A stretch of 64,000 nt of DNA from Chthonomonadales bacterium (GCA_037443035.1 JBBIPC010000006.1:96001-160000); one strand, 5' to 3'. Positions 27,694 to 37,359 are shown, counted from the stretch's first letter. Notes: generated by a model not told the origin, from the sequence alone. A program made the numbers and translations.

Positions 27694-29496
27694 ATGAGTT
27701 CTCTCGACAGAATGGTGACGGTGTGGGCTCGCTACCGACGGAGGGTTGCCTGGCCCAGTCTGCTGATTGGTGGCCTAATGCTCATCAACGGCTGCGGTGG
27801 CGGAGGTGGCGGCGGTGATCTCGCAGCCTATCTGGGCCGGTCCTTCTCGTTCCACGCAGCCACGAGGAGCCTCAGCATCAGTGTGGACCCCTCCGGAAGG
27901 TTCACGATAGCGGCACAGGATCGCGACTCCCTCGCGGACGGTAGTGCCGCGCAGGGTGTCGTGAGCCAGAGCGGCATCGTTGCAGCCCAATCGGACGATG
28001 GCCTCGTGCAGTTCGATGGCGCATTCGCGTCGAATGGCACCGTGTTCACCTGCTCTGTGCGGTCGGGCAGCACGACGCTGTTCACGGTGGACGCCACGCG
28101 AGTCGCGGATGGTACACCAACGTCGGGTTCCCTTGTCGGAAGCTATCGGGCGGTGGACCCGCAGAAGGCCTATCTTTCCCTGGACAGTTGGGGTCATGCC
28201 GTCGTTTGGGTCGTGGACGGTCTCGGCGGCGGTGGCGGACTCACAGACGTGGCGACGGACGGCTCCTTGGCAAGCTACGACGGACAGTTCGAGGGTCAGC
28301 TCGATACCGGCGGCAGTCAGCCACAACTCCACGTCACGAAGCTCCGAGGAGCGACGGTCAGTATCACGGTTCCTCTGCAAACGGCGGCAAGGGCGAAATG
28401 GACATTCATGGTCTATCTCAACGCCGCCAATGACCTGCAGACGTTCGGACCGTTGAACGTCAATCAGATGGAGAAGGTTGGTTCCACGAGCGACGTGAAC
28501 ATCGTGGTTCAGTGGAAACAAGCCAACTGCTCGACCTGTGGATCTCCTCAGTGGGTCTCGACACGCCGCTACTACATTCGCCGGGATACGGATACCTCGC
28601 GCGTGACATCGCCGGTCATCGAGGATCTCGGCCCGAATGTGGACATGGGTGACTGGCGTCAGCTGTACAGCTTTGTATCCTGGGCACAGAAGAGATACCC
28701 GGCGGACCGCTATGCGCTGGTGATCTGGAATCACGGGGCCGGTTGGCGGAACACGCGAGCCGGCATGGTGCCAGCTCTTCGATCCGTGTCCATAGATGAC
28801 TCGACGCAGAATGAGATCCAAACGTGGCAACTACCACAGGCGTTGAGCGTAACGCCGAAGCTGGACCTCCTCATCTTCGATGCCTCGCTGATGCAAATGG
28901 TGGAGGTCGCGTACGAAGTGCGCAATGCGGCTTCGATCATGGTCGGATCCGAGGAGAGCCCGCCAGGCGAAGGGTACGTGTATGACACGTTCCTAGCGGA
29001 CCTGGCACAGGAGCCTGGCATGACACCTGCGATGCTAGCCGAGAGTATCGTCGTGCGGACGATCGAGAGCTACGGGTCTTCCTCGAACATCACTCAGTCG
29101 GCGCTGGATCTAAGCCGCATCGAAGACGTGGCGCAGCGCATGGACGCCTTCGCACGGCTCGCCATCTTCTACTCATCCACCTACGGATCAGCGCTCTCCA
29201 CAATCCGGAGGGATGCGGAATCGTATCTCTATCGGGACAACAAAGATCTGTGGCACTATGCCGACCTCGTCCGAACATCAACACTGCCAGCAGATCTGCA
29301 GGCTGCAGCATCGAACCTACAGCAGGCGGTGGCAGACGCGGTCATGGTCGAGCGGCACGGATCGCTCCACCCGAACTCCCATGGGATTGCAGTGTATGTG
29401 CCGGATCCATCTTCGTATCTCCTGACGTACGCCAACTTGGCATTGTCTCGGGTGACACAGTGGGACGAATGGCTGCGAGCACAGCCCCCAGGGTAG
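27694..29496 (+). CDS. Clostripain-related (peptidase C11) lipoprotein with Ser at the catalytic Cys position
   Basis: Lipobox INGC followed by a Gly run; WTFMVYLNAANDL, DMG, YPA.RYALVIWNHGAGW, FDASLM, EVAYE and GSEE..PG.G. Confidence 0.85.
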   Translation: MSSLDRMVTVWARYRRRVAWPSLLIGGLMLINGCGGGGGGGDLAAYLGRSFSFHAATRSLSISVDPSGRFTIAAQDRDSLADGSAAQGVVSQSGIVAAQSDDGLVQFDGAFASNGTVFTCSVRSGSTTLFTVDATRVADGTPTSGSLVGSYRAVDPQKAYLSLDSWGHAVVWVVDGLGGGGGLTDVATDGSLASYDGQFEGQLDTGGSQPQLHVTKLRGATVSITVPLQTAARAKWTFMVYLNAANDLQTFGPLNVNQMEKVGSTSDVNIVVQWKQANCSTCGSPQWVSTRRYYIRRDTDTSRVTSPVIEDLGPNVDMGDWRQLYSFVSWAQKRYPADRYALVIWNHGAGWRNTRAGMVPALRSVSIDDSTQNEIQTWQLPQALSVTPKLDLLIFDASLMQMVEVAYEVRNAASIMVGSEESPPGEGYVYDTFLADLAQEPGMTPAMLAESIVVRTIESYGSSSNITQSALDLSRIEDVAQRMDAFARLAIFYSSTYGSALSTIRRDAESYLYRDNKDLWHYADLVRTSTLPADLQAAASNLQQAVADAVMVERHGSLHPNSHGIAVYVPDPSSYLLTYANLALSRVTQWDEWLRAQPPG

Positions 29497-29515
29497 TCGG
29501 TTCGGTGGTCATGCC

Positions 29516-29977
29516 GTGAACGCATTGGAGGCATACCGCAGAACCCAGGAGGCTCTGCGGAAGGAGTTCGACCCGCTAACGGCTCGACTGTGCCCACAGT
29601 GCCCGGATCCTTGCTGCCGCGTGCCGGCTCAGGTGACCCCGGTAGACGTGGCAATCGCGGTGGCGTGCGGATGGACGATACCGCCGGAGATGGGTATCGA
29701 AGACCCAATTTCAGCTGCAGCCGGCCAAGCCGGGCTTGCGCTGGCGCTCCAGGTAGAGCATGACGTCGCGCAAGCATGCCCTTTTCTCGGGACCTGGGGC
29801 TGCACCTTTCCCCGAGACGTGCGTCCATATGGCTGTACCGCGTTCGTCTGCCGTTTCCTCAACGAGCGGCTCGGGGCCAGAGGACGTGCTCGTGTGAGAC
29901 GGCTGCTCCATCAGTTGGCCAGGGACTACGCAAGGCTGTCGCCGACGTTCGCGCGCCGGTTCAGAGCAGCCCGCTAG
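29516..29977 (+). CDS. YkgJ-like cysteine-cluster protein
   Basis: CPQCPDPCC, CPFL...GC and RPYGC..F.C. Confidence 0.7.
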   Translation: MNALEAYRRTQEALRKEFDPLTARLCPQCPDPCCRVPAQVTPVDVAIAVACGWTIPPEMGIEDPISAAAGQAGLALALQVEHDVAQACPFLGTWGCTFPRDVRPYGCTAFVCRFLNERLGARGRARVRRLLHQLARDYARLSPTFARRFRAAR

Positions 29978-30636
29978 CGCGCGGTGCCAGGTACGCGCCC
30001 GGCATTCGGGAGCGTGACGAGACCGTACGGGCACTCCGTCCGCCCCGTGCGGACGGCCCATGCAGAGTCGCCGTACGAATAGTGCCAGAACTCCTCGCGG
30101 CAGTTGGAGAAGCCGGCATCCAGCATCGCCTCGACCATGATGCTACGGTTCTTACGGGCGCTTTCGGAGATTCTGTCCGTCCACGTGTACGCGGCCTCCC
30201 AGTTGCTCAGGGGAGAGGTCATATCGAGCGGCTCTCCGTCGGGGCCCAGTAACTGAACATCCACGGCGCCTCCCGTACAATGGCCTGGCGGTGCAGGCTG
30301 GTCCGTTGGAGCGAAGTAACGGTTCGTTGCGCGCCGCAAGACCGCTTCCGACCACATGGGATGCTCGGCCCGGAGCCGCGCGTAGTAGCCATCCCAATGC
30401 CTCCGCTGCTCGTCTATGGTGCGCAGGGCCGTTGTCACACGCAACCGCAGGTCGGCCGGTAGCTTGCCTGCTGCCGTGTTCAGCATCTCCGCAACCGTCT
30501 GCCGTAGGTACGGATGTGTCTTGTCGGCCACGATGATGTTCGGGCAAGCAGCGCGTATATCTACGAGCGGCTCACCTGTCTCGACGATACGTACGCGGTT
30601 GAGCGCGCGGATCGGTTCAGGAGCACCACGCCGCAT
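29974..30636 (-). CDS. M15-family D-Ala-D-Ala dipeptidase (VanX/DdpX-like)
   Basis: R...EQ, H..GGAVD Zn ligands and EFWHY. Confidence 0.85.
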   Translation of the reverse strand: MRRGAPEPIRALNRVRIVETGEPLVDIRAACPNIIVADKTHPYLRQTVAEMLNTAAGKLPADLRLRVTTALRTIDEQRRHWDGYYARLRAEHPMWSEAVLRRATNRYFAPTDQPAPPGHCTGGAVDVQLLGPDGEPLDMTSPLSNWEAAYTWTDRISESARKNRSIMVEAMLDAGFSNCREEFWHYSYGDSAWAVRTGRTECPYGLVTLPNAGRVPGTAR

Positions 30637-31050
30637 TCAGGGTCGGTCGTCCTCGAATATGTCGTCTTGATACGAATCGACATCGTCATCATCATCGCCA
30701 TCGTCTTCGGGATAGTCCATGAAGAACTCCTCGTCGTCGTCATCGTCATCATCCGAATCCGTGGAAGCGTCCGTGTACCGGCTGATTTCCTGACCTCGGA
30801 AAACGTTGGCGATGAAATCGGACCGTTCATAGCGGGGTAGATAGGCGCTGATGAGATCGTCATCCAGCATGGAGAGGATCTGTTCTTCCTCTTCCGTGGT
30901 TGCATCTCGCTCGAGAATGAGGGTGGCATAGACCGTGTCGTTGCCGTAGTGAATGTCCACTCTGCCCACGCGGTCCGAGCCATCCCAGAGGATATAGATC
31001 TCAGAGCTCGGGGTTCTGACTACACGAGAAAGCCTGTAAGGCGCGCTCAA
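30637..31050 (-). CDS. Highly acidic hypothetical protein
   Basis: TTG 31050 with AAGGAG RBS; globular N-terminal part and Asp-rich tail; stop abuts the ATG of the M15 gene. Confidence 0.7.
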   Translation of the reverse strand: MSAPYRLSRVVRTPSSEIYILWDGSDRVGRVDIHYGNDTVYATLILERDATTEEEEQILSMLDDDLISAYLPRYERSDFIANVFRGQEISRYTDASTDSDDDDDDDEEFFMDYPEDDGDDDDDVDSYQDDIFEDDRP

Positions 31051-31129
31051 CGGGGTCTCCTTGTCGGTAGGGCGTAGGCGGCGGGACTCAGCCCGGCAGC
31101 GTGTAGCCGTTCCGGGCACCTGCCCCGCA

Positions 31130-31951
31130 CTAGCGGGGCTTGGCTCCTAGCCGTCCCGATAGAATACCCTCTACAGCCACGGCGAATCCGTCATCCTCGA
31201 ATGCTGGTGCGATCCACGAGGCTGCCTGCTTCACCGACTCCTTGCCCGAACCCATGGCTATAGAGAAACCCGCCCACTGCAACATCGGGAGGTCGTTGCC
31301 GCCATCGCCAAACGCGAGCACCTCGTCGCGCCGGATGCCGAGCTTGTCTGCGAGAATACGCAGTGCACTGCCCTTGTTCGCACCGTGATGCATGAACTCC
31401 AGATACTCTGGGTTCGTTCTCGTTATGTACATGCGGTCGCCGTAGCGAGCCCGCATCGTTTCGTAGAGGTGGTCGGCAGTCGCCGGCGCATCGATCAGTA
31501 TCATCTTTGTTGGGGACGTGCCGATGAACTGACGTAGATCACCCACAACTTCCATCGGGGAACCTGTATGTCGGATGTAGAACTCAGCCCACGGTCCACG
31601 TTCAGCCACGTACAAGTGATCCTGGACATAGTAGTTGAGATGGTAGCCGTGCTCCGAGCAGAAGGAAATGATCTCGGCTGCCGGCTCAGGAGGTATGGTC
31701 AGGTGATGCCATGTCTCGTTGCTAGGGTGTAGCCGAATCATGGCGCCGTTGTAGGAAATGATCGGGCCAGTCAGATCGAGCATGTCTGCGAAGCGTGTCG
31801 TAGCCTGGTGCATGCGGCCGCTAGCGATAACAGGCTGGATGCCAGCCTGTCGCAGAGCCGCAATCGCGCGTCGGTTCGCATCGCTGATGGTGCCGTCGAA
31901 GGCGAGTATGGTTTCGTCGAGGTCTATAGCTGCGAGCTTGTATGTGCACAC
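31130..31951 (-). CDS. Cof-type HAD-IIB hydrolase
   Basis: DLDET, ASGR, NGA, NKG.AL and FGDGGNDLPML. Confidence 0.92.
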   Translation of the reverse strand: MCTYKLAAIDLDETILAFDGTISDANRRAIAALRQAGIQPVIASGRMHQATTRFADMLDLTGPIISYNGAMIRLHPSNETWHHLTIPPEPAAEIISFCSEHGYHLNYYVQDHLYVAERGPWAEFYIRHTGSPMEVVGDLRQFIGTSPTKMILIDAPATADHLYETMRARYGDRMYITRTNPEYLEFMHHGANKGSALRILADKLGIRRDEVLAFGDGGNDLPMLQWAGFSIAMGSGKESVKQAASWIAPAFEDDGFAVAVEGILSGRLGAKPR

Positions 31952-32075
31952 TGGGTTAGGTTACCCTGAGGGGGCGTACAGGATGTATGGGTGAAGCTCG
32001 ATGCAGTCCTCAGGCATGCGTGTCTGCTGGTCCGTACGGTACACTCATCCATCACGCAAGGAGACGGATTGTGCC

Positions 32076-33497
32076 ATGGCGGGGCGATTGACAGAGCGTG
32101 CGGCAGCCGCCATCCACCTCGGCTATGAGGACGCAGAGCGCAGAGGACAGTCATGGTTTGGCCCAGCGAACTTACTATGGGGCGTTCTACAGGACCCGAA
32201 GGCCGTGGCGGTGGCGATGCTCGAGGCCGTGGGCGTGGAGCGGGCCGTCCTGCAAGCGCGGTTAGACGGTCTCTTGGGCGCGGACCATGGCGGGGGCGCC
32301 GAGCAGCTGCAGCTCAGCCCCGGCACAAGGCGAGCATTGGAGCTGGCATACGCGGAGGCGTCCCAACGCTCGTGCAAGTATGTGGGCACGGAACATCTTC
32401 TTGTCGGAGTTGCCATGGAGGGCGGAAATGCCGCTGAGCTTCTCGCATCACTCGGCGCAACAGTGGACCGACTGCGCGCTGCTCTGGATGCACTGGAAAC
32501 GCGCACGGCGCCAGGAAGTGCGGCGCCGTACGAGGAGGTAAAGGGCTGGATGGATGGGGATATGCAGAGTCTTCGTGGGCGCAGCATTCTGTCCATGGCG
32601 GACCTCACGCCGGAGCAGCTCCAGGGCATTCTTCAGAAAGCTGAAGAGTTCCGCCAAGCACGTCTCGAAGCACGGACGCTTGTGGACTGGAAGGGACGAA
32701 AGTCCCTCGCGCTGCTCTTCGAGAAAGCGAGCCTCCGCACGCGTGTAACCTTCGAGCTTGGCATGCGGGAACTCGGAGGCGTTCCGATCGTGCTCGGGCC
32801 GGCGGAAGTTGGGCTCGGGAAGCGGGAGAGCGTCGGCGATGTAGCTCGAAACCTCGACCGATGGGTTACGGCGGTAGCTGCCCGCGTGTTCGACCACAAC
32901 ACGCTTCTGGAGTTGCACAGGTGTTCGTCCATTCCCATCATCAATGCTCTGAGCGATATTGAACACCCATGCCAGACCCTGGCGGATCTGCAGGCCCTGC
33001 AGCAGCGTAAGGGCAGGCTCGATGGCTTGCGCATTGCCTGGGTGGGAGACGGAAACAACGTTCTCCATTCTCTCATGTTGGGAGCGGCCATGTTGGGAGC
33101 TTCCGTCATCGCGGCGTGTCCCGCTGGTTACGAACCCGATCCCAAGATCGTATCCGTCGCGAGGGAACGAGCTCGCGGCGGAGCGACCATCGAGATCGTG
33201 AACGATCCAGAGCAAGCCGTGGCGGGCGCCGATGCCGTCTACACAGACGTCTGGGTAAGCATGGGAGCCGAGGCTGAAGCCGAGCAACGCCGCGCTGTCT
33301 TTGCGGCGTTCCGGGTGACGCCAGATCTCATGTCTCAGGCAGCGCCGAACGCTGTGTTCATGCACTGTCTGCCTGCCCATCGTGGAGAGGAAGTCACCGA
33401 CGCCGTGCTGGACGGCCCTGCGTCTATTGTTCTCGATCAAGCGGAGAATCGTCTGCACGCACAGAAGGCGTTGCTTGCGCTGCTGCTAGGCCCGTAG
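32076..33497 (+). CDS. argF: Clp N-terminal (Clp repeat) domain fused to ornithine carbamoyltransferase
   Basis: Residues 1-~145 are Clp_N-like (GRLTERA..., ALELAYAEA, YVGTEHLLVG); then OTC motifs FEKASLRTR, HPCQ, GDGNNV, DVWVSMG, HCLP and QAENRLH; AAGGAG RBS. Confidence 0.9.
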   Translation: MAGRLTERAAAAIHLGYEDAERRGQSWFGPANLLWGVLQDPKAVAVAMLEAVGVERAVLQARLDGLLGADHGGGAEQLQLSPGTRRALELAYAEASQRSCKYVGTEHLLVGVAMEGGNAAELLASLGATVDRLRAALDALETRTAPGSAAPYEEVKGWMDGDMQSLRGRSILSMADLTPEQLQGILQKAEEFRQARLEARTLVDWKGRKSLALLFEKASLRTRVTFELGMRELGGVPIVLGPAEVGLGKRESVGDVARNLDRWVTAVAARVFDHNTLLELHRCSSIPIINALSDIEHPCQTLADLQALQQRKGRLDGLRIAWVGDGNNVLHSLMLGAAMLGASVIAACPAGYEPDPKIVSVARERARGGATIEIVNDPEQAVAGADAVYTDVWVSMGAEAEAEQRRAVFAAFRVTPDLMSQAAPNAVFMHCLPAHRGEEVTDAVLDGPASIVLDQAENRLHAQKALLALLLGP

Positions 33498-33544
33498 CTA
33501 GCGAACTCATAGTGCCATCGCAGGAAAGGGAGAAAGAACACGCT

Positions 33545-34768
33545 ATGCGCACCGTCGTACTTGTATACTCGGGTGGTCTGGACACCTCTGTGTGTATTCC
33601 GCTCATGCGCGAGGAATACGGCTTCGATCGTGTGGTCACTGTTACGGTGGATGTAGGCCAGCCGGCCGCCGACATTCGGCAGGCCGAGGAACGCGCCCGT
33701 TCCCTGGGTACCGAGCATCGGACTGTGGACGCCAAGGCTGAGTTCGTGGAACGATACTGCTGGCCCGCAGTCAGGGCCAATGGTGACTACCAGGGCTATC
33801 CGATATCCACGTCCATCGCACGGCCGCTCATTGCGCTCAAAGCAGTGGAGACCGCCAGGGAGGTCGGTGCGCAAGCGTATGCCCACGGTTGTACTGGCAA
33901 GGGCAATGATCAGTTCCGTATCGAGTACGTCATGCGCACGTTGACGCCAGAGCTGGAGATCATTGCTCCCATGCGAGAAGGTAGGCGGAAGCCTGACGGT
34001 AGTCGTGAGCCATGGACGCGGTCGGAAGAGATTGACTTCGCCGCAGCACACGGCCTGAAAGTAGCTCAGACACGGGATCGCATCTGGAGTATTGACGAGA
34101 ACCTCTGGGGCAGAAGTATCGAAGGGGGACGCTTGGAGGAGCCGGACTTCGCTCCGCCAGAGGAGATCTTCCAGTGGACCCGAGGCATTGCCGATACTCC
34201 AGGCATTCCTGCGGTCATCACGATCGGCTTCGACAACGGCGTGCCCGTGTCACTAGACGGTGTACCGATGGACGGTCTCGATCTCGTTCAGACGCTCAAC
34301 AAGCTGGCCGGCGAGCACGGTGTCGGGCGTGTGGATATCATGGAAGACCGCATGCTAGGTCTGAAGGTGCGTGAGAACTACGAGTGCCCTGCGGCTGTCG
34401 TACTTCTGACCGCACACCGCGCTCTCGAAGCTCTCGTCTGCACTCAGTCAGAGCTGAAGTTCAAGGCCATGGTGGACAGGGAATGGGGTGAACTGGCCTA
34501 CCGCGGATTGTGGTTCGATCCATTGAAGGAAGACCTGGAATCGTTCATTGCCAAGATTCAGGAGCGGGTCTGCGGCGAAGTGATCCTCCGTCTTTCGAAG
34601 GGATCCTGTACCGTCGTCGGTCGGCGGAGCCCATGGGCGCTGTATAGCGAAGACCTCGCTTCGTTCGACAGCAAGACGTTCAACCAGGCGGACAGCGAAG
34701 GCATGGTGAAGCTGCATGGTATGCAAGGGCGCATGTACTGGATGCTCAAGCAGGCAAAGAGTAGTTAG
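33545..34768 (+). CDS. argG: Argininosuccinate synthase
   Basis: YSGGLDTS, ARPLIA, HGCTGKGNDQ, SIDENLWGRSIEGG and HGVGR.D..EDR. Confidence 0.96.
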   Translation: MRTVVLVYSGGLDTSVCIPLMREEYGFDRVVTVTVDVGQPAADIRQAEERARSLGTEHRTVDAKAEFVERYCWPAVRANGDYQGYPISTSIARPLIALKAVETAREVGAQAYAHGCTGKGNDQFRIEYVMRTLTPELEIIAPMREGRRKPDGSREPWTRSEEIDFAAAHGLKVAQTRDRIWSIDENLWGRSIEGGRLEEPDFAPPEEIFQWTRGIADTPGIPAVITIGFDNGVPVSLDGVPMDGLDLVQTLNKLAGEHGVGRVDIMEDRMLGLKVRENYECPAAVVLLTAHRALEALVCTQSELKFKAMVDREWGELAYRGLWFDPLKEDLESFIAKIQERVCGEVILRLSKGSCTVVGRRSPWALYSEDLASFDSKTFNQADSEGMVKLHGMQGRMYWMLKQAKSS

Positions 34769-34777
34769 GTCCACGGC

Positions 34778-36172
34778 ATGACGTCAGATGGTTCGCCGCA
34801 CAGGCTATGGGGTGGGCGCTTCGCGGCTCCCGTAGACGAGATTACCGAGCGACTGAATAACTCGTTTGCTTACGATAGTCGCATGTGGCGGGAGGACATC
34901 CAGGCAAGCATCGCCCACGCCGAGATGCTCGGGGAAACGGGAGTACTGCCGAAGGAAGAGGCCGCAGCCATTGCAGACGGCCTCCGCGAGGTTGGGGCTG
35001 GGCTCGAAGACGGCACTCTGGCGATGGATCCCCGCTCCGAGGACGTCCATACTGCCATCGAGGGGTTGTTGCGGGCGAAGATAGGTCCGCTCGCGGGAAA
35101 GTTGCACACCGCACGCTCGCGCAACGACCAGGTTGCCACCGACTTCCGGCTCTACCTCAAGCATGCAGTGGAGCGGCTCGTCGAGTTGCTGGCACAAATC
35201 CAGCATACGCTGCTAGTTGTCGCTGAGCGGGAGATGGATGCCATCCTGCCTGGCTACACGCACTTACAGCACGCCCAGCCAGTGCGTCTGGCACACCATC
35301 TCCTCGCGTATTTCTGGATGTTCCAGCGGGATCGGGATCGGCTTCGCGACTGGGCGGCGCGTACCGATGAGCTTCCTCTCGGAGCAGGGGCACTAGCAGG
35401 CACAAGCTTCGGTATCGAACCGGCGATCGTTGCGCGGAAGCTTGGCTTCGCGCGCGTTGCACCCAACAGCATGGATGCCGTTTCGGACCGCGATTTCGCG
35501 CTCGAGTTCCTGAGCGCCGCGGCAATCCTCATGGTACATTGCTCGCGGTTGGGCGAAGAACTCGTCCTATGGAGCTCTCCTGAGTTCGGATTCGTGACGC
35601 TTGCCGACTGCGTGACGACGGGCAGCAGCATTATGCCTCAGAAGAAGAACCCCGATGTAGCGGAGCTTGCCCGCGGGAAGGCCGGACGGGTGATCGGCAA
35701 TCTTATGGGCCTGCTCACGGTCATGAAAGGCCTTCCACTGACCTATAACAAAGATATGCAGGAGGACAAGGAAGCCGTCTTCGATACCCTGGACACGCTG
35801 TACACGGTGCTACCAGCGTTGGAGCTCTCGGTCCGCACTGCGACGTTCGACCGTCTCAGGATGCGGCAGGCCCTTGCAGGCGACTTCTCGACCGCCACCG
35901 ACCTGGCCGACGCGCTGGTGCGCACGGGAATGCCGTTTCGTCAAGCGCACGAACTTGTCGGGCGGCTCGTGCGGCTCTGCGTCGAGCGGGGGCGCTGTTT
36001 GGACGACTTGGGCTCTGCGGACATGGTAGCTCTGGTCCCGGAGCTTATGGCCGTCGAAGGGTTGAGCATGACACCTGAGGCATCCGTTGAATCCCGCAGG
36101 ACCCCTTCCGGTACTGCTCGCTCTTCGGTGGAGCGGCAGTTGCAGCAAGCGAAGGCTCTCTTGGGTCTCTGA
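34778..36172 (+). CDS. argH: Argininosuccinate lyase
   Basis: LWGGRF, RSRNDQVATD, PGYTHLQHAQP, GSSIMPQKKNPD and YNKDMQEDK. Confidence 0.96.
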   Translation: MTSDGSPHRLWGGRFAAPVDEITERLNNSFAYDSRMWREDIQASIAHAEMLGETGVLPKEEAAAIADGLREVGAGLEDGTLAMDPRSEDVHTAIEGLLRAKIGPLAGKLHTARSRNDQVATDFRLYLKHAVERLVELLAQIQHTLLVVAEREMDAILPGYTHLQHAQPVRLAHHLLAYFWMFQRDRDRLRDWAARTDELPLGAGALAGTSFGIEPAIVARKLGFARVAPNSMDAVSDRDFALEFLSAAAILMVHCSRLGEELVLWSSPEFGFVTLADCVTTGSSIMPQKKNPDVAELARGKAGRVIGNLMGLLTVMKGLPLTYNKDMQEDKEAVFDTLDTLYTVLPALELSVRTATFDRLRMRQALAGDFSTATDLADALVRTGMPFRQAHELVGRLVRLCVERGRCLDDLGSADMVALVPELMAVEGLSMTPEASVESRRTPSGTARSSVERQLQQAKALLGL

Positions 36173-36174
36173 CC

Positions 36175-37359
36175 ATGCGGCGCCCGTCGGCCGAAGTATG
36201 GGTTCTGATGGGGCTGGTACTCGTTTTCGTGGTCCTGGCGACGGTCCGCGAGCAGGAAGCTCTGCAAGAAGCGCTGCATTCCGGTCCCAGTGCTTTCAGT
36301 GTACGCCCGGATGGAGGCCGTGCGCTGTTCGATCTGTCTCGACGCCGCGGCATGCGGGCGGTTCGCTGGACGGACAGGATCTCGCGGCTCCCCTCGGACA
36401 CAGGCGCTATTCTACTCACCGAGCCGCTGCTGCAGCCCCTGAGTAGAGAGGACGAGACGTTCCTTCATGATTGGCTGGCCGATGGAGGCATGCTGATTGT
36501 CGTCGTAGATCGTCGGTTCGGCAGGGCTGCCTCCGTCGGACTCGGCGATGTAGAGACGGCGGGCTTCGCCGGCGTGCCGAGGACCATACCGCTGCAGTCA
36601 CGGTCGCCACTGTTCCACGACGTACGCGCTCTTCATGTGGACCGTGGACCTGTGCTAGTCGCGTCGCGGCCAGACGCAGAGACAGTCATCGAGGTCCAGC
36701 AGGGCGCCCTGGCCCTCTCATGGCGTGAAGGCAAGGGTACAGTAGTGGCCCTCTCCGCAGCCATTGGACCGGTGAACCGGACCATCGGCCTTGACGACAA
36801 TGCCGTGCTGTACGTGAACCTGCTGGAGTCTGCTGCGTCGAAAGGCAAGTCGGTCGCGTTCGCAGAGCTGTACCATCGGCCTGCAACCCCAGTCGGCCGC
36901 GGTGGACAGTGGTGGCGGATCCTTCCCGGCAGCGTGCGTGCAGCTGGTTGGCTCCTAGCGTTGGTGCTGTTCGCGGCCGTATGGAATGGGAACCACCGGT
37001 TCGGCGCGCTGTTGGAGAGGCGCTCCGACGGGGTCGAGACTCCACGCGAGACGGCAGGGTCTCTCTACGTGACGTCCATGGCGTCGTTGCTCCGCCGGGC
37101 TCGCCAGCCGGAGATCGCCATCGAGCATCTGCATGCGTCCTTGTTGCGGGACCTGGCTCAGCACGCCGGTGTGGACATCTCCGCGCCCACGGCCGAACTG
37201 GTAAGAGCGACGAACGCGCCGGCAGACTTGGCGCAGACGATTACCGACGCTGTCGAGTTCGGGGCGTCCATCGCTGCGGGAGGTCGAGCAACGGAAGAGA
37301 AGCTGGTATCCTACGCGAGAACGGTCCAGACCATCAGAAGGGAGTTGCGGCTTGGCTGA
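36175..37359 (+). CDS. DUF4350-domain membrane protein
   Basis: N-terminal TM, S....DG.RAL..L, L..W...GG.L.V, NAVL, second TM followed by RFG; adjacent to a MoxR gene. Confidence 0.75.
   Translation: MRRPSAEVWVLMGLVLVFVVLATVREQEALQEALHSGPSAFSVRPDGGRALFDLSRRRGMRAVRWTDRISRLPSDTGAILLTEPLLQPLSREDETFLHDWLADGGMLIVVVDRRFGRAASVGLGDVETAGFAGVPRTIPLQSRSPLFHDVRALHVDRGPVLVASRPDAETVIEVQQGALALSWREGKGTVVALSAAIGPVNRTIGLDDNAVLYVNLLESAASKGKSVAFAELYHRPATPVGRGGQWWRILPGSVRAAGWLLALVLFAAVWNGNHRFGALLERRSDGVETPRETAGSLYVTSMASLLRRARQPEIAIEHLHASLLRDLAQHAGVDISAPTAELVRATNAPADLAQTITDAVEFGASIAAGGRATEEKLVSYARTVQTIRRELRLG

Noticed and set aside
31992..32005. ARG-box-like TGAAGCTCGATGCA upstream of argF
   Set aside because: Single copy, GC-rich core and a mismatch at a conserved position; too weak to call.
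32716..32745. SLRT motif suggesting N-acetylornithine transcarbamylase
   Set aside because: DVWVSMG and HCLPAH are OTC-type, and SLRT also occurs in ordinary OTCs.
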